A DNA stretch of 64,000 bases from IMG/VR virus record IMGVR_UViG_3300042010_000129, positions 128,001 to 192,000 of that record, one strand, 5' to 3'. Under the pieces are notes generated by a model. The model ran no database searches. It saw only the letters and a list, made by a program, of their open reading frames with translations, and was not told the origin of the DNA. Position numbers and translations under genes: made by a program. Below, in pieces: positions 27,070-36,913 of this stretch; position 1 is the first letter of the stretch; each line of letters opens with the position of its first letter. This stretch comes from a virus (lineage: Duplodnaviria > Caudoviricetes).

Positions 27070-27812
27070 TTTTCCTCCCGTGGAACCATAAGGTAAGTCA
27101 TGTCGGAACCGAATACAGAACCGAACAAATCCATCAAATGCGGATCAACCGTGAACTTCAGATCGAAGTTATCGAAATCGACGCGGATCTTGTAGGCGCG
27201 TGCCGTCATGTGGTGCCACACCATGTGAAAATATTCGTCCTCACAGGTATTTTCAGGCGGCACATAAAGTTCACCACGGCCATACACAACGCGCTGTGCA
27301 TACGCAGCATGCGTGACCTGCCGAAACAGTTCGTGAACCAAAACGCGACAGCGCTGAATTTCAAACTGATCATCGACAGGGTGTGCGCTTTGCAACGTTT
27401 TCGCAATGGTGAATTTCAATTCCGTTTCGTATTCATGGATAAACGTTTTAATAACGGTCGCCATGCCGATAAGGTCAGACAGCGCCACGCCACCGGGAAT
27501 GCCCCAATGCAGCACAGGGCCGAACCCCGGCTGTAAGTGCAGGATCGAATAACCATTGTGAAAAATCCGGTCACGGTCTGCTGCTGGCAGATGCTCAAAC
27601 CTCATGTTTATTTTTGGATGCGTCCGCCCTATTGGATCACGCGAATTGTGCAGCCAGTCTTCGACCAGCGTCTTCACAATAAAATGTGAATACTGCTGGG
27701 GCTTGGCCGCGCAATAAATCATCGCGTGATTAATTTTCGCATCTGGCGTAATGCACGCAGCCCTGTCGAACGTCAAACTGAATTTCGGGATAGCACATTT
27801 GAGAAACATCAC
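27066..27812 (-). CDS. hypothetical protein
   Basis: 248 aa. Confidence 0.65.
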   Translation of the reverse strand: MMFLKCAIPKFSLTFDRAACITPDAKINHAMIYCAAKPQQYSHFIVKTLVEDWLHNSRDPIGRTHPKINMRFEHLPAADRDRIFHNGYSILHLQPGFGPVLHWGIPGGVALSDLIGMATVIKTFIHEYETELKFTIAKTLQSAHPVDDQFEIQRCRVLVHELFRQVTHAAYAQRVVYGRGELYVPPENTCEDEYFHMVWHHMTARAYKIRVDFDNFDLKFTVDPHLMDLFGSVFGSDMTYLMVPREEN

Positions 27813-28195
27813 AGCAGCCCCTTTTCAATCAAGTAGTCTTCGATTGCTTCACGTGCAACCCGGTCAATTTGTTTTGCGCGTCGGCCTTTCTTCGCCAGTT
27901 TCATTCGTTCATGGCGTTTTTTCATCAGCCGATCATGCAGCACCATTCCAGCAACCCAACCGGCCCCAGCGCCTACGCAACTGAAAAGCGAGTAATACGG
28001 ATTTTCCATCTTGAGTGCAGCAACGCCAATCGTCAGCATAATAATCAATTCGCAGGCGCTCATTGCAGACCCGCCACAAAATGCCATGATCTTGTGACCG
28101 CCTGAAGCTGCCTTGCTCTGCATCCCACGTAAAAGAGTGGTGACGAACAAAACACCACTCATGGACAATACAGTTGTCGCCATGTGCCAATCCAC
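27809..28195 (-). CDS. three-TM membrane protein with basic tail
   Basis: Three hydrophobic segments. Confidence 0.65.
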   Translation of the reverse strand: MDWHMATTVLSMSGVLFVTTLLRGMQSKAASGGHKIMAFCGGSAMSACELIIMLTIGVAALKMENPYYSLFSCVGAGAGWVAGMVLHDRLMKKRHERMKLAKKGRRAKQIDRVAREAIEDYLIEKGLL

Positions 28196-28740
28196 TACGA
28201 TGTTGCCCCCATTTTCTCAAGTGCGAAACGCATGGTGGTGTCGGTGATAATGCTGCAAACTTTCACCATATCGCCACTGCCTTTTTCCAGCACAACCAAG
28301 GCCGGGAATTTCGAAGAATCAATCGTGACGGCAATCGGCCAATCAAGACGAATGCGGCACTTGCCGGGAATGCGTGCGACTTTGCGCGCAGCGGTGTACA
28401 GCCCCGGCATAGAACGAACCAGCCACAAGTTTTTATGCAGGTGTTCGTATTGGTCGTGGTCGGGACTGTCGAATTCGATTGAAACACTATTTTTGTGCGG
28501 CTGCATTTGCTGCACAGCGTCGATCATTTGTTGGTCGGTGAAGAATTTCAGATCGTAAACGAGCGGGCCTTTCGGGCTTTCGCAAATCTGCATCCACCAT
28601 TGAACATCGTCACCGGTTTCTTCCGGGTAATTGCCGGTAAACTCGAATGGGCAATCTGCGCCCAAATCACTATAGGCCCTGACAAGACGCGGGATATCCG
28701 AGCGGTTGCGCACCGGAAATATATTACGCTTGTTTTCCAT
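28195..28740 (-). CDS. hypothetical protein
   Basis: TAATG coupling. Confidence 0.65.
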   Translation of the reverse strand: MENKRNIFPVRNRSDIPRLVRAYSDLGADCPFEFTGNYPEETGDDVQWWMQICESPKGPLVYDLKFFTDQQMIDAVQQMQPHKNSVSIEFDSPDHDQYEHLHKNLWLVRSMPGLYTAARKVARIPGKCRIRLDWPIAVTIDSSKFPALVVLEKGSGDMVKVCSIITDTTMRFALEKMGATS

Positions 28741-28749
28741 TGTTCTTCC

Positions 28750-29331
28750 TTAGATCATTTTCGATTGGATTGAGTAGGAGCCTTCACCGGTCGAGCCGAT
28801 GAATGTTGCGTTTAAAATTGCGCGTTGTAAATCGTGGTACACACCAGCCCGCCATGCTGTGTAACTATCAGGTTTGGAATCAGGGTGAAATTGCAGACGG
28901 CGTTTTTCTTGTTCGTCGTACTCGAACAATTCATGCGCCACCAGATTGTCGATCATGTCCAGCAGCGTGCGCAATTCGCGCTCTTCCAGCAGCCCCCGTG
29001 CCACCATGTCGAAGTGTACCGAAACAAAACCATCATCCAGATAGGCGCTGAGTTTCGAACACGCATGCATGCACATCCGCTTCGATTTTTTCCAGAATTC
29101 ACGCGGTGCATTTCCGTCACCTATATACTCGGCTTGCGAAGCGCGGTGGCAGAACCGGGCAGCAGGCAGGAAAACTTCTTGGCGGAAGAATTCACGCAGT
29201 TCCTGTACTTGCTGATCCTTCGCCCGGATCTTGTTGAAACGTTCGTGAATGAAATGCGAAGGGAACCTGAAAATCACCGCATGTTCATGCTTGGTCAGCA
29301 TTTTCATCAGCCGATCATTTTTATCGAGCAT
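28750..29331 (-). CDS. hypothetical protein
   Basis: 193 aa. Confidence 0.65.
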   Translation of the reverse strand: MLDKNDRLMKMLTKHEHAVIFRFPSHFIHERFNKIRAKDQQVQELREFFRQEVFLPAARFCHRASQAEYIGDGNAPREFWKKSKRMCMHACSKLSAYLDDGFVSVHFDMVARGLLEERELRTLLDMIDNLVAHELFEYDEQEKRRLQFHPDSKPDSYTAWRAGVYHDLQRAILNATFIGSTGEGSYSIQSKMI

Positions 29332-29675
29332 TACTTGTTCCCCAGCTGCGCTTCGAGTGCTTTCCGCTGTTCGATGGAATCGCGATACGTCCGGTACTTG
29401 TGCGCCAGATTATCGTTGCCCGGTTTCAGACACGACATGCGGCCCTGTGAAGCGCTGCTGGCGTAGCAAACCACATTCGCATCCGAATCGTAAAAGCGGG
29501 TCATGTCCGCTGCGCCCGGCCCATGGTTGAAAAACTCAATCATGAACGGCGACTGTTCAATATACTGATTGGTTTTGGTTTCTGCTTCGGCACGCGGAGA
29601 GTTCACGAAGTTCAGCGTCAGCGCCGTGACGATCATTGCGGAAATCAGCGAAAGGTTTCGGTAGTCGTGTCGCAT
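29331..29675 (-). CDS. exported or membrane-anchored small protein
   Basis: Signal-like N-terminus. Contains RFYD...VVCY...MSC. Confidence 0.6.
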   Translation of the reverse strand: MRHDYRNLSLISAMIVTALTLNFVNSPRAEAETKTNQYIEQSPFMIEFFNHGPGAADMTRFYDSDANVVCYASSASQGRMSCLKPGNDNLAHKYRTYRDSIEQRKALEAQLGNK

Positions 29676-30103
29676 TAATTAACCCCATCCAGAATTTGAG
29701 CTTTGATCATGTCGAGAATACGATCCACGGAATCTGCGTGGTCGCACGCTTCTTTCACCGTCGAGAATTTCGTGCCCAGCGACAACCCGTGCGGCAACCG
29801 GGCTTTTTCCAAATCGAAACCGCCAACCAAACGCACGTACCAATCGCCATCCCAATAAACTTTCGTCCACTGACTTTCTCGATTGCGTTCGCCGCGTACA
29901 GTCACACCCTTGATCGGTGTGTTGTCGCCTACAATGTTGTTATGTTTGAGCCAATCATTCACAGGAATAAAAACGTTCACATCCTGCGTCATTTTAACTT
30001 TTACACCAACGAGCTTCCCGCAACACTCGCTCGTAAAAACTGGGGTTGTATAGTTCTGCAACGGCTGGTTGCAGTACGGGCACTGTAGATTTTCGTGGGT
30101 CAT
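29675..30103 (-). CDS. zinc-ribbon protein
   Basis: CPYC...ECCG. Confidence 0.65.
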   Translation of the reverse strand: MTHENLQCPYCNQPLQNYTTPVFTSECCGKLVGVKVKMTQDVNVFIPVNDWLKHNNIVGDNTPIKGVTVRGERNRESQWTKVYWDGDWYVRLVGGFDLEKARLPHGLSLGTKFSTVKEACDHADSVDRILDMIKAQILDGVN

Positions 30104-30230
30104 TCGGTTTCGCTTCCACTTTGGTAAGCGCGCTACAATAAACGCAGCGCAATTTTAATTCCGAGGTCAGAAACAACGCCAGCATTTCCGGCGAGCAAAG
30201 CAGGCCTCGGCTACATCGTCGGCAATTCAT
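29994..30230 (-). CDS. possible small zinc-binding protein
   Basis: CRRC...CVYC, ATGA-coupled, but overlaps the downstream gene by about 110 nt. Confidence 0.3.
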   Translation of the reverse strand: MNCRRCSRGLLCSPEMLALFLTSELKLRCVYCSALTKVEAKPNDPRKSTVPVLQPAVAELYNPSFYERVLREARWCKS

Positions 30231-30478
30231 GTGCGGTGCGCAGAACCGTCAAGTTCACCGGCACGCTTGAATTGATGAATCAAAAACTTTTCAGCAGATT
30301 CCAGTTCGGCTCGAACCTGATTATCCCGCTGATCCAAAAGGCGTTTACGTGCCTCATGGAAGTTTTGGTAGCGCAGTGCTTTCGAAAGATGTTCCTGCGC
30401 ATTCGCCAACTGAACACCGGTAATCCGACGCACGCGCCGGGCCACGGCTTTGAAAAGTTCCAGTGCGTTGTCATCCAT
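30227..30478 (-). CDS. small helical hypothetical protein
   Basis: G..L..AQE.LSKAL.Y.NFHE resembles glyoxalase-superfamily-associated helical domains (weak). Confidence 0.55.
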   Translation of the reverse strand: MDDNALELFKAVARRVRRITGVQLANAQEHLSKALRYQNFHEARKRLLDQRDNQVRAELESAEKFLIHQFKRAGELDGSAHRT

Positions 30479-30648
30479 TAACAGGTAATCCGTGGCGGTG
30501 TGATAAGGGTTTCATGTCCGCAACCGGGGCACACGTGGCGGTACTGCATACCACGCGGAATTACCATGCCGGTTGGTGGTCGGTGCGACAGGTTGAAACA
30601 CGGTTCTTTGTATTCCGGAATAGGCTCGAAGCCTGACTGCTTTTTCAT
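30478..30648 (-). CDS. 56-aa zinc-ribbon peptide (not in ORF track)
   Basis: MKKQSGFEPIPEYKEPCFNLSHRPPTGMVIPRGMQYRHVCPGCGHETLITPPRITC. GGAG RBS, TAATG coupling. Confidence 0.65.
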   Translation of the reverse strand: MKKQSGFEPIPEYKEPCFNLSHRPPTGMVIPRGMQYRHVCPGCGHETLITPPRITC

Positions 30649-30663
30649 TGTCCCTACTCCAAT

Positions 30664-31125
30664 TTACAGTTTGGGCAACTGGTGAATTTTGATCCACTGA
30701 TCGTTCGGCGCAAGGTAATGCGTGCGCACCGATTTTTTATCGGTCTGGTATTTCGCGCCCTTGTGATGCAGCGAGATTGCCCACTGAACTTCGCCCGCGT
30801 TATCCACGATATAACCGGCTTCTTGAATCGCTGCGTCAACCCGCAGATGCCAATCCTTCAGCGCTTCGTTTTTAACGCGCTTCAGATGCGGAACACGCTC
30901 GGCCAATTCCCAACGGAAATCAGGATCAATTTTCAGTTCTGGCGCGTCGTGCATGTCACTGTGCAAAACCAGATCGTAAACCGCAACGCCGGACTTGGAT
31001 TGTTCGTAGTTGAAACGCAACGCGCAATCGGCGCCTTTGTGCTTATCCACGAAATCGCGAAGCTCCTGCATAGTCAAACCACCGGGTCGTTCGGTGCCGA
31101 TGCGAATGCTGTCGATTGCTTTCAT
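30664..31125 (-). CDS. hypothetical protein
   Basis: Start moved to MKAIDS. Confidence 0.6.
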   Translation of the reverse strand: MKAIDSIRIGTERPGGLTMQELRDFVDKHKGADCALRFNYEQSKSGVAVYDLVLHSDMHDAPELKIDPDFRWELAERVPHLKRVKNEALKDWHLRVDAAIQEAGYIVDNAGEVQWAISLHHKGAKYQTDKKSVRTHYLAPNDQWIKIHQLPKL

Positions 31126-31126
31126 T

Positions 31127-31588
31127 TTAAACGTCCCTTTGCGCGAAGTTTTCTTTTGGCAGAACACCACCGGTAAACACGCAGGTCAGCAGGTCGGGAA
31201 CCTCTTCCATAATGCCCGGCAAATATTTGGTGAAGTCCACGCAGTGCAGCACACGCAATTTGTTGTAGGCGTCACGGCTACGGGCGTTCTGCGAAATCTT
31301 GAACCGGGTGATTGCAGAATCAATTTCGCAAATATCAATCCAGCCCTTGTTGAACATGGTGTCCACTTTGGCAACCAGATTCGTCAGCGCCTGCATTTGC
31401 CAAACGTCATCCATATTTTCCGGTTCAGGAAATACGATCAGGTCTGTGATTTTCTGCTTACGGAAAACGCGGATGCTCGGCGCTTCCTGACGGGAAGACT
31501 GTTGCGAAATGTGCGCCATCGCGGTCGATGCAGAAGGTGTGCTGTCCGTGTCTTTTACACGGGTGATTGAAAGTCCCAAAAAGTTCAT
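31127..31588 (-). CDS. conserved phage hypothetical protein
   Basis: IDIC.ID...AY..LR.LHCV.F, a recurrent phage pattern. Confidence 0.65.
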   Translation of the reverse strand: MNFLGLSITRVKDTDSTPSASTAMAHISQQSSRQEAPSIRVFRKQKITDLIVFPEPENMDDVWQMQALTNLVAKVDTMFNKGWIDICEIDSAITRFKISQNARSRDAYNKLRVLHCVDFTKYLPGIMEEVPDLLTCVFTGGVLPKENFAQRDV

Positions 31589-31875
31589 ACGGGTTTTCCC
31601 TGTTGCATGCGTGCGGCTCTTTTCGATTGCCCTGCACGGTCACGCCGAGATTGGTTTAAAAGCGGCCACTGAACATCGAGGAATTTACACGCCTCATAAA
31701 ATTTACGCCGGTCGTATCCGAGGATTTCGGCAGCGTGCGTTCTGCTGTGTCCAGTAGCCGCAAGTTCCCTGCACTTAGTTACAAGGCAGTCCGTTTTTTC
31801 CAGTTGCGTTTCGGTTTGTACGTCCGGTATTTCGTTTTGCATATCGCATACACCGTAACGGCCAGCGGCAGGCAA
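31585..31875 (-). CDS. HTH DNA-binding protein
   Basis: GHSRTHAAEILGYDRRKFY. Confidence 0.55.
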   Translation of the reverse strand: MPAAGRYGVCDMQNEIPDVQTETQLEKTDCLVTKCRELAATGHSRTHAAEILGYDRRKFYEACKFLDVQWPLLNQSRRDRAGQSKRAARMQQGKPV

Positions 31876-31912
31876 TTCATGAACACCATGAAAAGGATAA
31901 ACAACGTTTTCA

Positions 31913-32158
31913 CTATTCGCTCACTACCAGCTGAAGGTCATAGCCAAGATTCGCGCAGAACATCAGGATACGGGCGAGCGGCACTTGGCCCCGGCCCGTG
32001 ATGATCCCGTGCAAATCAATTTCGGAAATTTTATACGTCTTGCAAAGTTCGGGCGCTTTCATTCCGAGCTTCGAAAGTTTTGCTTGAATTGCAGCAACCG
32101 CCTGATCGCGGATATCGTCTACAGCGATTTGGCCTCGGTCGAGGTTTGGCTTGGGCAT
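31913..32158 (-). CDS. XRE-family HTH regulator
   Basis: GMKAPELCK...I.EIDLH.I..G....LARIL.FCANLGYDL. Confidence 0.65.
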   Translation of the reverse strand: MPKPNLDRGQIAVDDIRDQAVAAIQAKLSKLGMKAPELCKTYKISEIDLHGIITGRGQVPLARILMFCANLGYDLQLVVSE

Positions 32159-32505
32159 TTCGTTCCCCGTAAATCAATGAGTAGTTGGCGGCGCGCTTGC
32201 TCCACCGTAATGTTACTCATTTTATTTACAGTATCTAATTCGATGCGCAGTTCCTTGATCAGTTCGCGCAATTCCCAATGGTGGTGTTCGATTGGTTGCC
32301 CGCCGATGTTAATGCGTGGCTTGGGCCTGCTGTAGATCGTACCCGGCATGCGGAAAGCTTCGTATTCTTCAGGTGCGATAATATCGACAACCTGTGCGCG
32401 GTCACTGTTCAGGAAGCGTTCAAAACCTTCGGCCTTCAGCAAAAGATTTTTGATGCGCTCGGCCTGTGTAAGCAGCATCCCATTTTCGTCACGCTCTTCA
32501 GTCAT
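32119..32505 (-). CDS. hypothetical protein
   Basis: Start moved to MTEERD. Confidence 0.55.
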   Translation of the reverse strand: MTEERDENGMLLTQAERIKNLLLKAEGFERFLNSDRAQVVDIIAPEEYEAFRMPGTIYSRPKPRINIGGQPIEHHHWELRELIKELRIELDTVNKMSNITVEQARRQLLIDLRGTKCPSQTSTEAKSL

Positions 32506-32977
32506 TGGTCGGGTGCCCCAGCGCAGTCCACAAAAAGTATGCAGGTTTTTCAGCTTGTTCCACAGAACGAACTTGCCAGCTGGTTTCCATCGTACCCAGT
32601 TCGATACCGGCGTTGACGTTCTGGTAGCTGACGGTCGCGTGGAAAAGAAAACGCGGCATGGAACCATCACGCGGATAGTTCGGAATGCGGAACATATTCG
32701 ACACGCTTACCACGATGGAATACGCACGAACTTTTTCGCCGTACATTTCCTGATAGATGCGTTTGTGCAGCGCGTGCGAATAGTCGCCGGTTTCGAAGGG
32801 ACGCATATCGCGCCACGTGTAACCTGCATCGCTGAACGCCAGAAAGATTGGATCGTTGGCCAGACCGTTAGGCAGATTGCTTGCGCTTTTTGCTGTTGGA
32901 TCGGGCACGACGTGACTTACGTTCCGGCTCAAATTCTGATTCGACTGGTTCATCTTTTTTGGTTTCCGTTTCGGCAA
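32498..32977 (-). CDS. hypothetical protein
   Basis: 159 aa. Confidence 0.55.
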   Translation of the reverse strand: MPKRKPKKMNQSNQNLSRNVSHVVPDPTAKSASNLPNGLANDPIFLAFSDAGYTWRDMRPFETGDYSHALHKRIYQEMYGEKVRAYSIVVSVSNMFRIPNYPRDGSMPRFLFHATVSYQNVNAGIELGTMETSWQVRSVEQAEKPAYFLWTALGHPTND

Positions 32978-33305
32978 GAATCATTTCGACCAATTTTACG
33001 GGCGCAGGGTGCCACATAATGGTCATCATCAGATCGAAGTTCGAAGTCCAAACTTTTTGTACGTCGCCACCTTCACCTTCGACGTATTGAACTTGATCAA
33101 CTTTTTGCAGCATTTCCCACGCAGCTTTCCGCACACCAAGTGCTGTGCCCACCAACCGCGCAGCCAACACCACGACCAGCAACGCGTGCCGGTAGTCATG
33201 CAGGATTTTTGGCGGGTCTGGTTTCTTTGGAAAAATAACAAAGTGAACATGGTACGCAATTGAAGTGCGTGCAAACGGCGCCTTAAACTTTATCACTTCC
33301 CGCAT
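32868..33305 (-). CDS. membrane-anchored hypothetical protein
   Basis: One hydrophobic segment. Overlaps the downstream ORF. Confidence 0.45.
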   Translation of the reverse strand: MREVIKFKAPFARTSIAYHVHFVIFPKKPDPPKILHDYRHALLVVVLAARLVGTALGVRKAAWEMLQKVDQVQYVEGEGGDVQKVWTSNFDLMMTIMWHPAPVKLVEMILAETETKKDEPVESEFEPERKSRRARSNSKKRKQSA

Positions 33306-33594
33306 TTACTGCACTCGCCTTATCGTCGAACAACTTCCACAGCGCATGAAAATCCGTGTCTTCTTGCGCGGCCCTTGTTTGGTTAAGTGCGGCACGGATC
33401 GTTTCGTGATCCACGCCATCCAGATATTTAATGATCGCCACTTCTAGCCGGTGTAGGCCGTTGGCTTTTTTGCAGAAATCGGAATTCATTTTCTGCACGG
33501 TTTGTTCATGGCCCGCCGCGTAATGCCTTTCACCCGTGGCATTCGCACGCGAACCGTTGCGCGGTTTCTTTTTAGCTGGCAGTGGCTCGGTCAT
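33283..33594 (-). CDS. hypothetical protein
   Basis: 103 aa. Confidence 0.6.
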   Translation of the reverse strand: MTEPLPAKKKPRNGSRANATGERHYAAGHEQTVQKMNSDFCKKANGLHRLEVAIIKYLDGVDHETIRAALNQTRAAQEDTDFHALWKLFDDKASAVNAGSDKV

Positions 33595-34003
33595 GAACGT
33601 GAGTCCTCAGTCCCATACGGCCTTTGAAAATCGGCATGTTCAGAGTGACAAGCGCATTCAGAACTTTCACCGTTTCTTCCGGATCGCAATCGCAGGAGTG
33701 TTTGACCTGAATCAAATCACCGTCCGCATTTTCGCGATAAATAAACCGCGCATTCTGCCGCCAGATACCGGGCACCATCGTGTACAACAAATCGCCCAGC
33801 ACATCGTGCGGCGCCATTTTACGTTCGGCGCGCAGAAGGTAGTAGCAATCGGTGCCGATATTCATGCGCAAAACAAACGCTTCAATATCTGCGTCGTCAG
33901 CTTTCAAGTCGAATGCCTTGATGCACTGGTCAAGTGCGGTTTTATTGCTGAAGCCGAGAATCAAACGACCGTGACCTTCAGGAATTGTAGGAATCGGAAT
34001 CAT
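33572..34003 (-). CDS. hypothetical protein
   Basis: 143 aa. Confidence 0.6.
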   Translation of the reverse strand: MIPIPTIPEGHGRLILGFSNKTALDQCIKAFDLKADDADIEAFVLRMNIGTDCYYLLRAERKMAPHDVLGDLLYTMVPGIWRQNARFIYRENADGDLIQVKHSCDCDPEETVKVLNALVTLNMPIFKGRMGLRTHVHDRATAS

Positions 34004-34593
34004 GCTTGTGCCTCGCTTTGTTGGTTGAGGGTGTGCAGCAAACCTTCGGCTTTCAACCGGCGAATTTCACTGAGGGATTTTCCGTACTTCGCCGCCAGTT
34101 CTTTCACTGTACCTTCGGGCGCAGGTTGGTGCTGGCTGTTGAAGGCCGCACGCTGCTGTTCTGCGCCACGCTTTGCGCGTTCCTGTTCTTTACGTTGCTC
34201 TGCGCGCACATCACGCCATTGCAGGGCCACAGGCTTTTCTTGTCGCAGCATAGCAGCCATCAAACGAATGGTTTCTTCGTCAATGAACGGCATGAGTTTG
34301 CGCGCAGTTTCCAGCATGTGTTCCTGCGCCCATTCCTTCACTTCTTTTAGCAGCGAATCTGCGACCGGCCCGAAAACGAATTCGGCGTCTTTCAGATTGT
34401 TCATGTCCACATAACGTTCGTTGATTGCCCAAAACAACGCCATACGGATTTCCATGTCGGCTTCGTTCGTGAGCAATTCACGCGCAAACTGAAATTCCTT
34501 TTTGTAACTGTCGAGATACAGCGTGTAGCCGATCCGTGTGCGATGCTCTGTCGTCAGATGTGCGAACGGACTTTTCGCTTTCGTGGCATTCAT
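34000..34593 (-). CDS. hypothetical protein with C-terminal HTH-like tail
   Basis: TVKELAAKYGKSLSEIRRLKAEG. Confidence 0.65.
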   Translation of the reverse strand: MNATKAKSPFAHLTTEHRTRIGYTLYLDSYKKEFQFARELLTNEADMEIRMALFWAINERYVDMNNLKDAEFVFGPVADSLLKEVKEWAQEHMLETARKLMPFIDEETIRLMAAMLRQEKPVALQWRDVRAEQRKEQERAKRGAEQQRAAFNSQHQPAPEGTVKELAAKYGKSLSEIRRLKAEGLLHTLNQQSEAQA

Positions 34594-34961
34594 TAAAAAA
34601 TCTCGATATCGTAAATGAATTCGTCGCCCGCCAAGTGCTGTTTAACAGTCTGATAAAGCACAGGCAGCATTTCGGGTTTCTTGAAAATCGGAGGGCAGTA
34701 CATCGGCAGAATGTACGTCGGTTTACTTCCGTTCGGTGCCCACGTGTGAATCACAGCCCAGTGAGAAAAACGCAGGTCGCCAACATGCGCACGAAATGCA
34801 GAAACTTTCGCCTCTGCTGCTTTCGTTTTGCGATCAAGTGAGTCGCTACGCATGTTGCCCGGAATTCTCAACAGGCACTGGTAATCATCAATCTCAGCCT
34901 TGCCCTTTTGCATCTGCTCAACTGTGATGTGATTACCGTAAGAAATGCCTGTGAATTCCAT
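34593..34961 (-). CDS. hypothetical protein
   Basis: TAATG coupling. Confidence 0.6.
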   Translation of the reverse strand: MEFTGISYGNHITVEQMQKGKAEIDDYQCLLRIPGNMRSDSLDRKTKAAEAKVSAFRAHVGDLRFSHWAVIHTWAPNGSKPTYILPMYCPPIFKKPEMLPVLYQTVKQHLAGDEFIYDIEIF

Positions 34962-34963
34962 GG

Positions 34964-35716
34964 TTAATCCCTGTGATGTTCTTTCAGGATTTGAGCGGTC
35001 ATTACTTCGAGGGCTTCCGGCGTTACATGAACGTCGTGCGTAGTGGAAAATTCCAGCACATTACCTTCGAGCATTTGCAGATAAAGCTGGTGAACCACAT
35101 TGACGTAAAGCTCGCGCACGTCTTTGGTTGGCAGCACGGAATCCATGACCACAGTCTGACCACCCGGCGCCTCATAGAAGAACTGCGTTTGCTGCACGTA
35201 TTGTGGTTCGATACTTTCCAGATTAATGGAAACATCGAAACGGTTGAAAGCAGTTTCCAGCAATTGCTTTGCCATCTTGCCAGTCATGTACGGCAAGTCT
35301 GGCTGACCTTTTGGATCGACCTTCGCGTGCAATTGCAATTCCAGCGTGTCGCCGTCGTGGTTCGCTTCGTACACAACGTTCAATTCGAGTTCCGCAATGC
35401 ATTCGTGCGTGCGGATTTCGTTGAGGTCGTGCAGCAGCGGTGCAAGGCACTTGCGCACGGAATCGGTGAATACTTCCACCGGGTTCATTTGTGCCACGAT
35501 TTGCTTCGCCAGCGAATCACCCGACAGGCCAGCCAGAACAACCGGAACTTTGAATTCCATCGGACTGAAAATTTCATGGCTGGTGATTTCACGATAACCG
35601 ATGCGCTTGTCTTCCAGCTTCGGTTTGCGGACACGCGGTTTAGGAGGGTTCTTTTTCAGGGAAGCCTTTGCTTTTTTCTCTTCTACTTTTTTCTTGCCAG
35701 CCATTATTTCACCCAT
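34964..35716 (-). CDS. hypothetical protein with Lys-rich N-terminus
   Basis: MAGKKKVEEKKAKASLKKNPPKPRVRKPK. Confidence 0.7.
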   Translation of the reverse strand: MGEIMAGKKKVEEKKAKASLKKNPPKPRVRKPKLEDKRIGYREITSHEIFSPMEFKVPVVLAGLSGDSLAKQIVAQMNPVEVFTDSVRKCLAPLLHDLNEIRTHECIAELELNVVYEANHDGDTLELQLHAKVDPKGQPDLPYMTGKMAKQLLETAFNRFDVSINLESIEPQYVQQTQFFYEAPGGQTVVMDSVLPTKDVRELYVNVVHQLYLQMLEGNVLEFSTTHDVHVTPEALEVMTAQILKEHHRD

Positions 35717-36903
35717 ACCCAGTCTTTAAGTTTCGCATCCCACATTTTTGTATTGGCGGGAGTCATGCGAATGAGGTTCATGTTTTTGTATACGCCCCAG
35801 CCGCCTTTGGCAAAGTTCACAACCCATGGCGATGTGCTGGTAGCGCGCACGTACAATTTACGGACTTTCAAGCGATCAGCACCGGTACGGTCGATGCAAA
35901 TCATCTGGCGTTGAATCTCAACTACGCCAGTTTTCAAACGAGTCAGAATCTGGATGTTGTAGCACCCATTTTCCAATTCGAGTTTTGGCAATTCACTCGG
36001 TTTGTAGCGCGGATAATTCGCGATGATTACTCGCGACTCCGACGCCCCCGCGTGAATGTATTCGTCGTTCGACATTCCGCTGTACAGGAAATGATCCCCG
36101 TAGTTTGCGCGCAGGAATCCAACGTTAACCGGCGACCGGTCAAAGTTGCCGCTGAAGTACGCGCCGTATTCTGCCACCAGTTGGTTTGCCGAACGGAAGA
36201 ACGCGCCGTATTGCCCATTTGCAGCGGTGTTCACATCGGGAATATCCGGCCCGTGGTCGGTGATCAGAATCACGCCGTTACCGGCCTCACGATACGCCAC
36301 CATTGCCGCCACGCCTTGCGGTGTGAAACGCCCGGTTGCCGTCGTGTAATCCGACGACATATGCAGCACTGCGCAATACTGGTCGAGTTCTGCGAACGTC
36401 GGGTTCAGCGTGCCGCTGTAGTCCGCACGATCTTTGAAAACCGGATTGTAGCCAGCGATTGCAAACAGGTTTACAAACGACGTGTAGAAGCCCGTAGGTG
36501 CCCCCGATTTAACCGGGTAGTTCTCGGCTGCAATTGCATCGCCCAAAATCAGCACGTTGCGATTGCCCGCGTTGACCTTCACTTTGTTGCTCACGAAATT
36601 CAGCGCGTTGTGCAAATATTTAAACGCACCAGACAGCCCGGCGAATCCGACGTTGGCCGCTGGCGCATAGATGTTGTAAAACTTCGGAAAACCGCCGTCG
36701 TAAACAACGTTGCCGCGCCCGTCCTGCGTCACCGCAATAAACGGATTCGGCGGCGACAGTGTGTCGTAGGCAACGTATTCGGAAAGCGTAGGCATCAATC
36801 CGTTAACAGTGAACATAACGAAATCGACGCTTTGGCTCGCTTGCCAGTCAACGGTTTGGCGAGTGGTGTACGTGCCCGCCAAGTGATCAAGATTTACATG
36901 CAT
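35704..36903 (-). CDS. putative virion/tail-associated protein of jumbo-phage type
   Basis: Start moved to MHVNL. Gly/Asn/Tyr-rich, contains GNVVYDGGFPKFYN, and ends in LYVRATSTSPW...W..K..W, like fibre-associated proteins. Function is recalled, not verified. Confidence 0.45.
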   Translation of the reverse strand: MHVNLDHLAGTYTTRQTVDWQASQSVDFVMFTVNGLMPTLSEYVAYDTLSPPNPFIAVTQDGRGNVVYDGGFPKFYNIYAPAANVGFAGLSGAFKYLHNALNFVSNKVKVNAGNRNVLILGDAIAAENYPVKSGAPTGFYTSFVNLFAIAGYNPVFKDRADYSGTLNPTFAELDQYCAVLHMSSDYTTATGRFTPQGVAAMVAYREAGNGVILITDHGPDIPDVNTAANGQYGAFFRSANQLVAEYGAYFSGNFDRSPVNVGFLRANYGDHFLYSGMSNDEYIHAGASESRVIIANYPRYKPSELPKLELENGCYNIQILTRLKTGVVEIQRQMICIDRTGADRLKVRKLYVRATSTSPWVVNFAKGGWGVYKNMNLIRMTPANTKMWDAKLKDWVWVK

Positions 36904-36913
36904 GGGAAACCTA

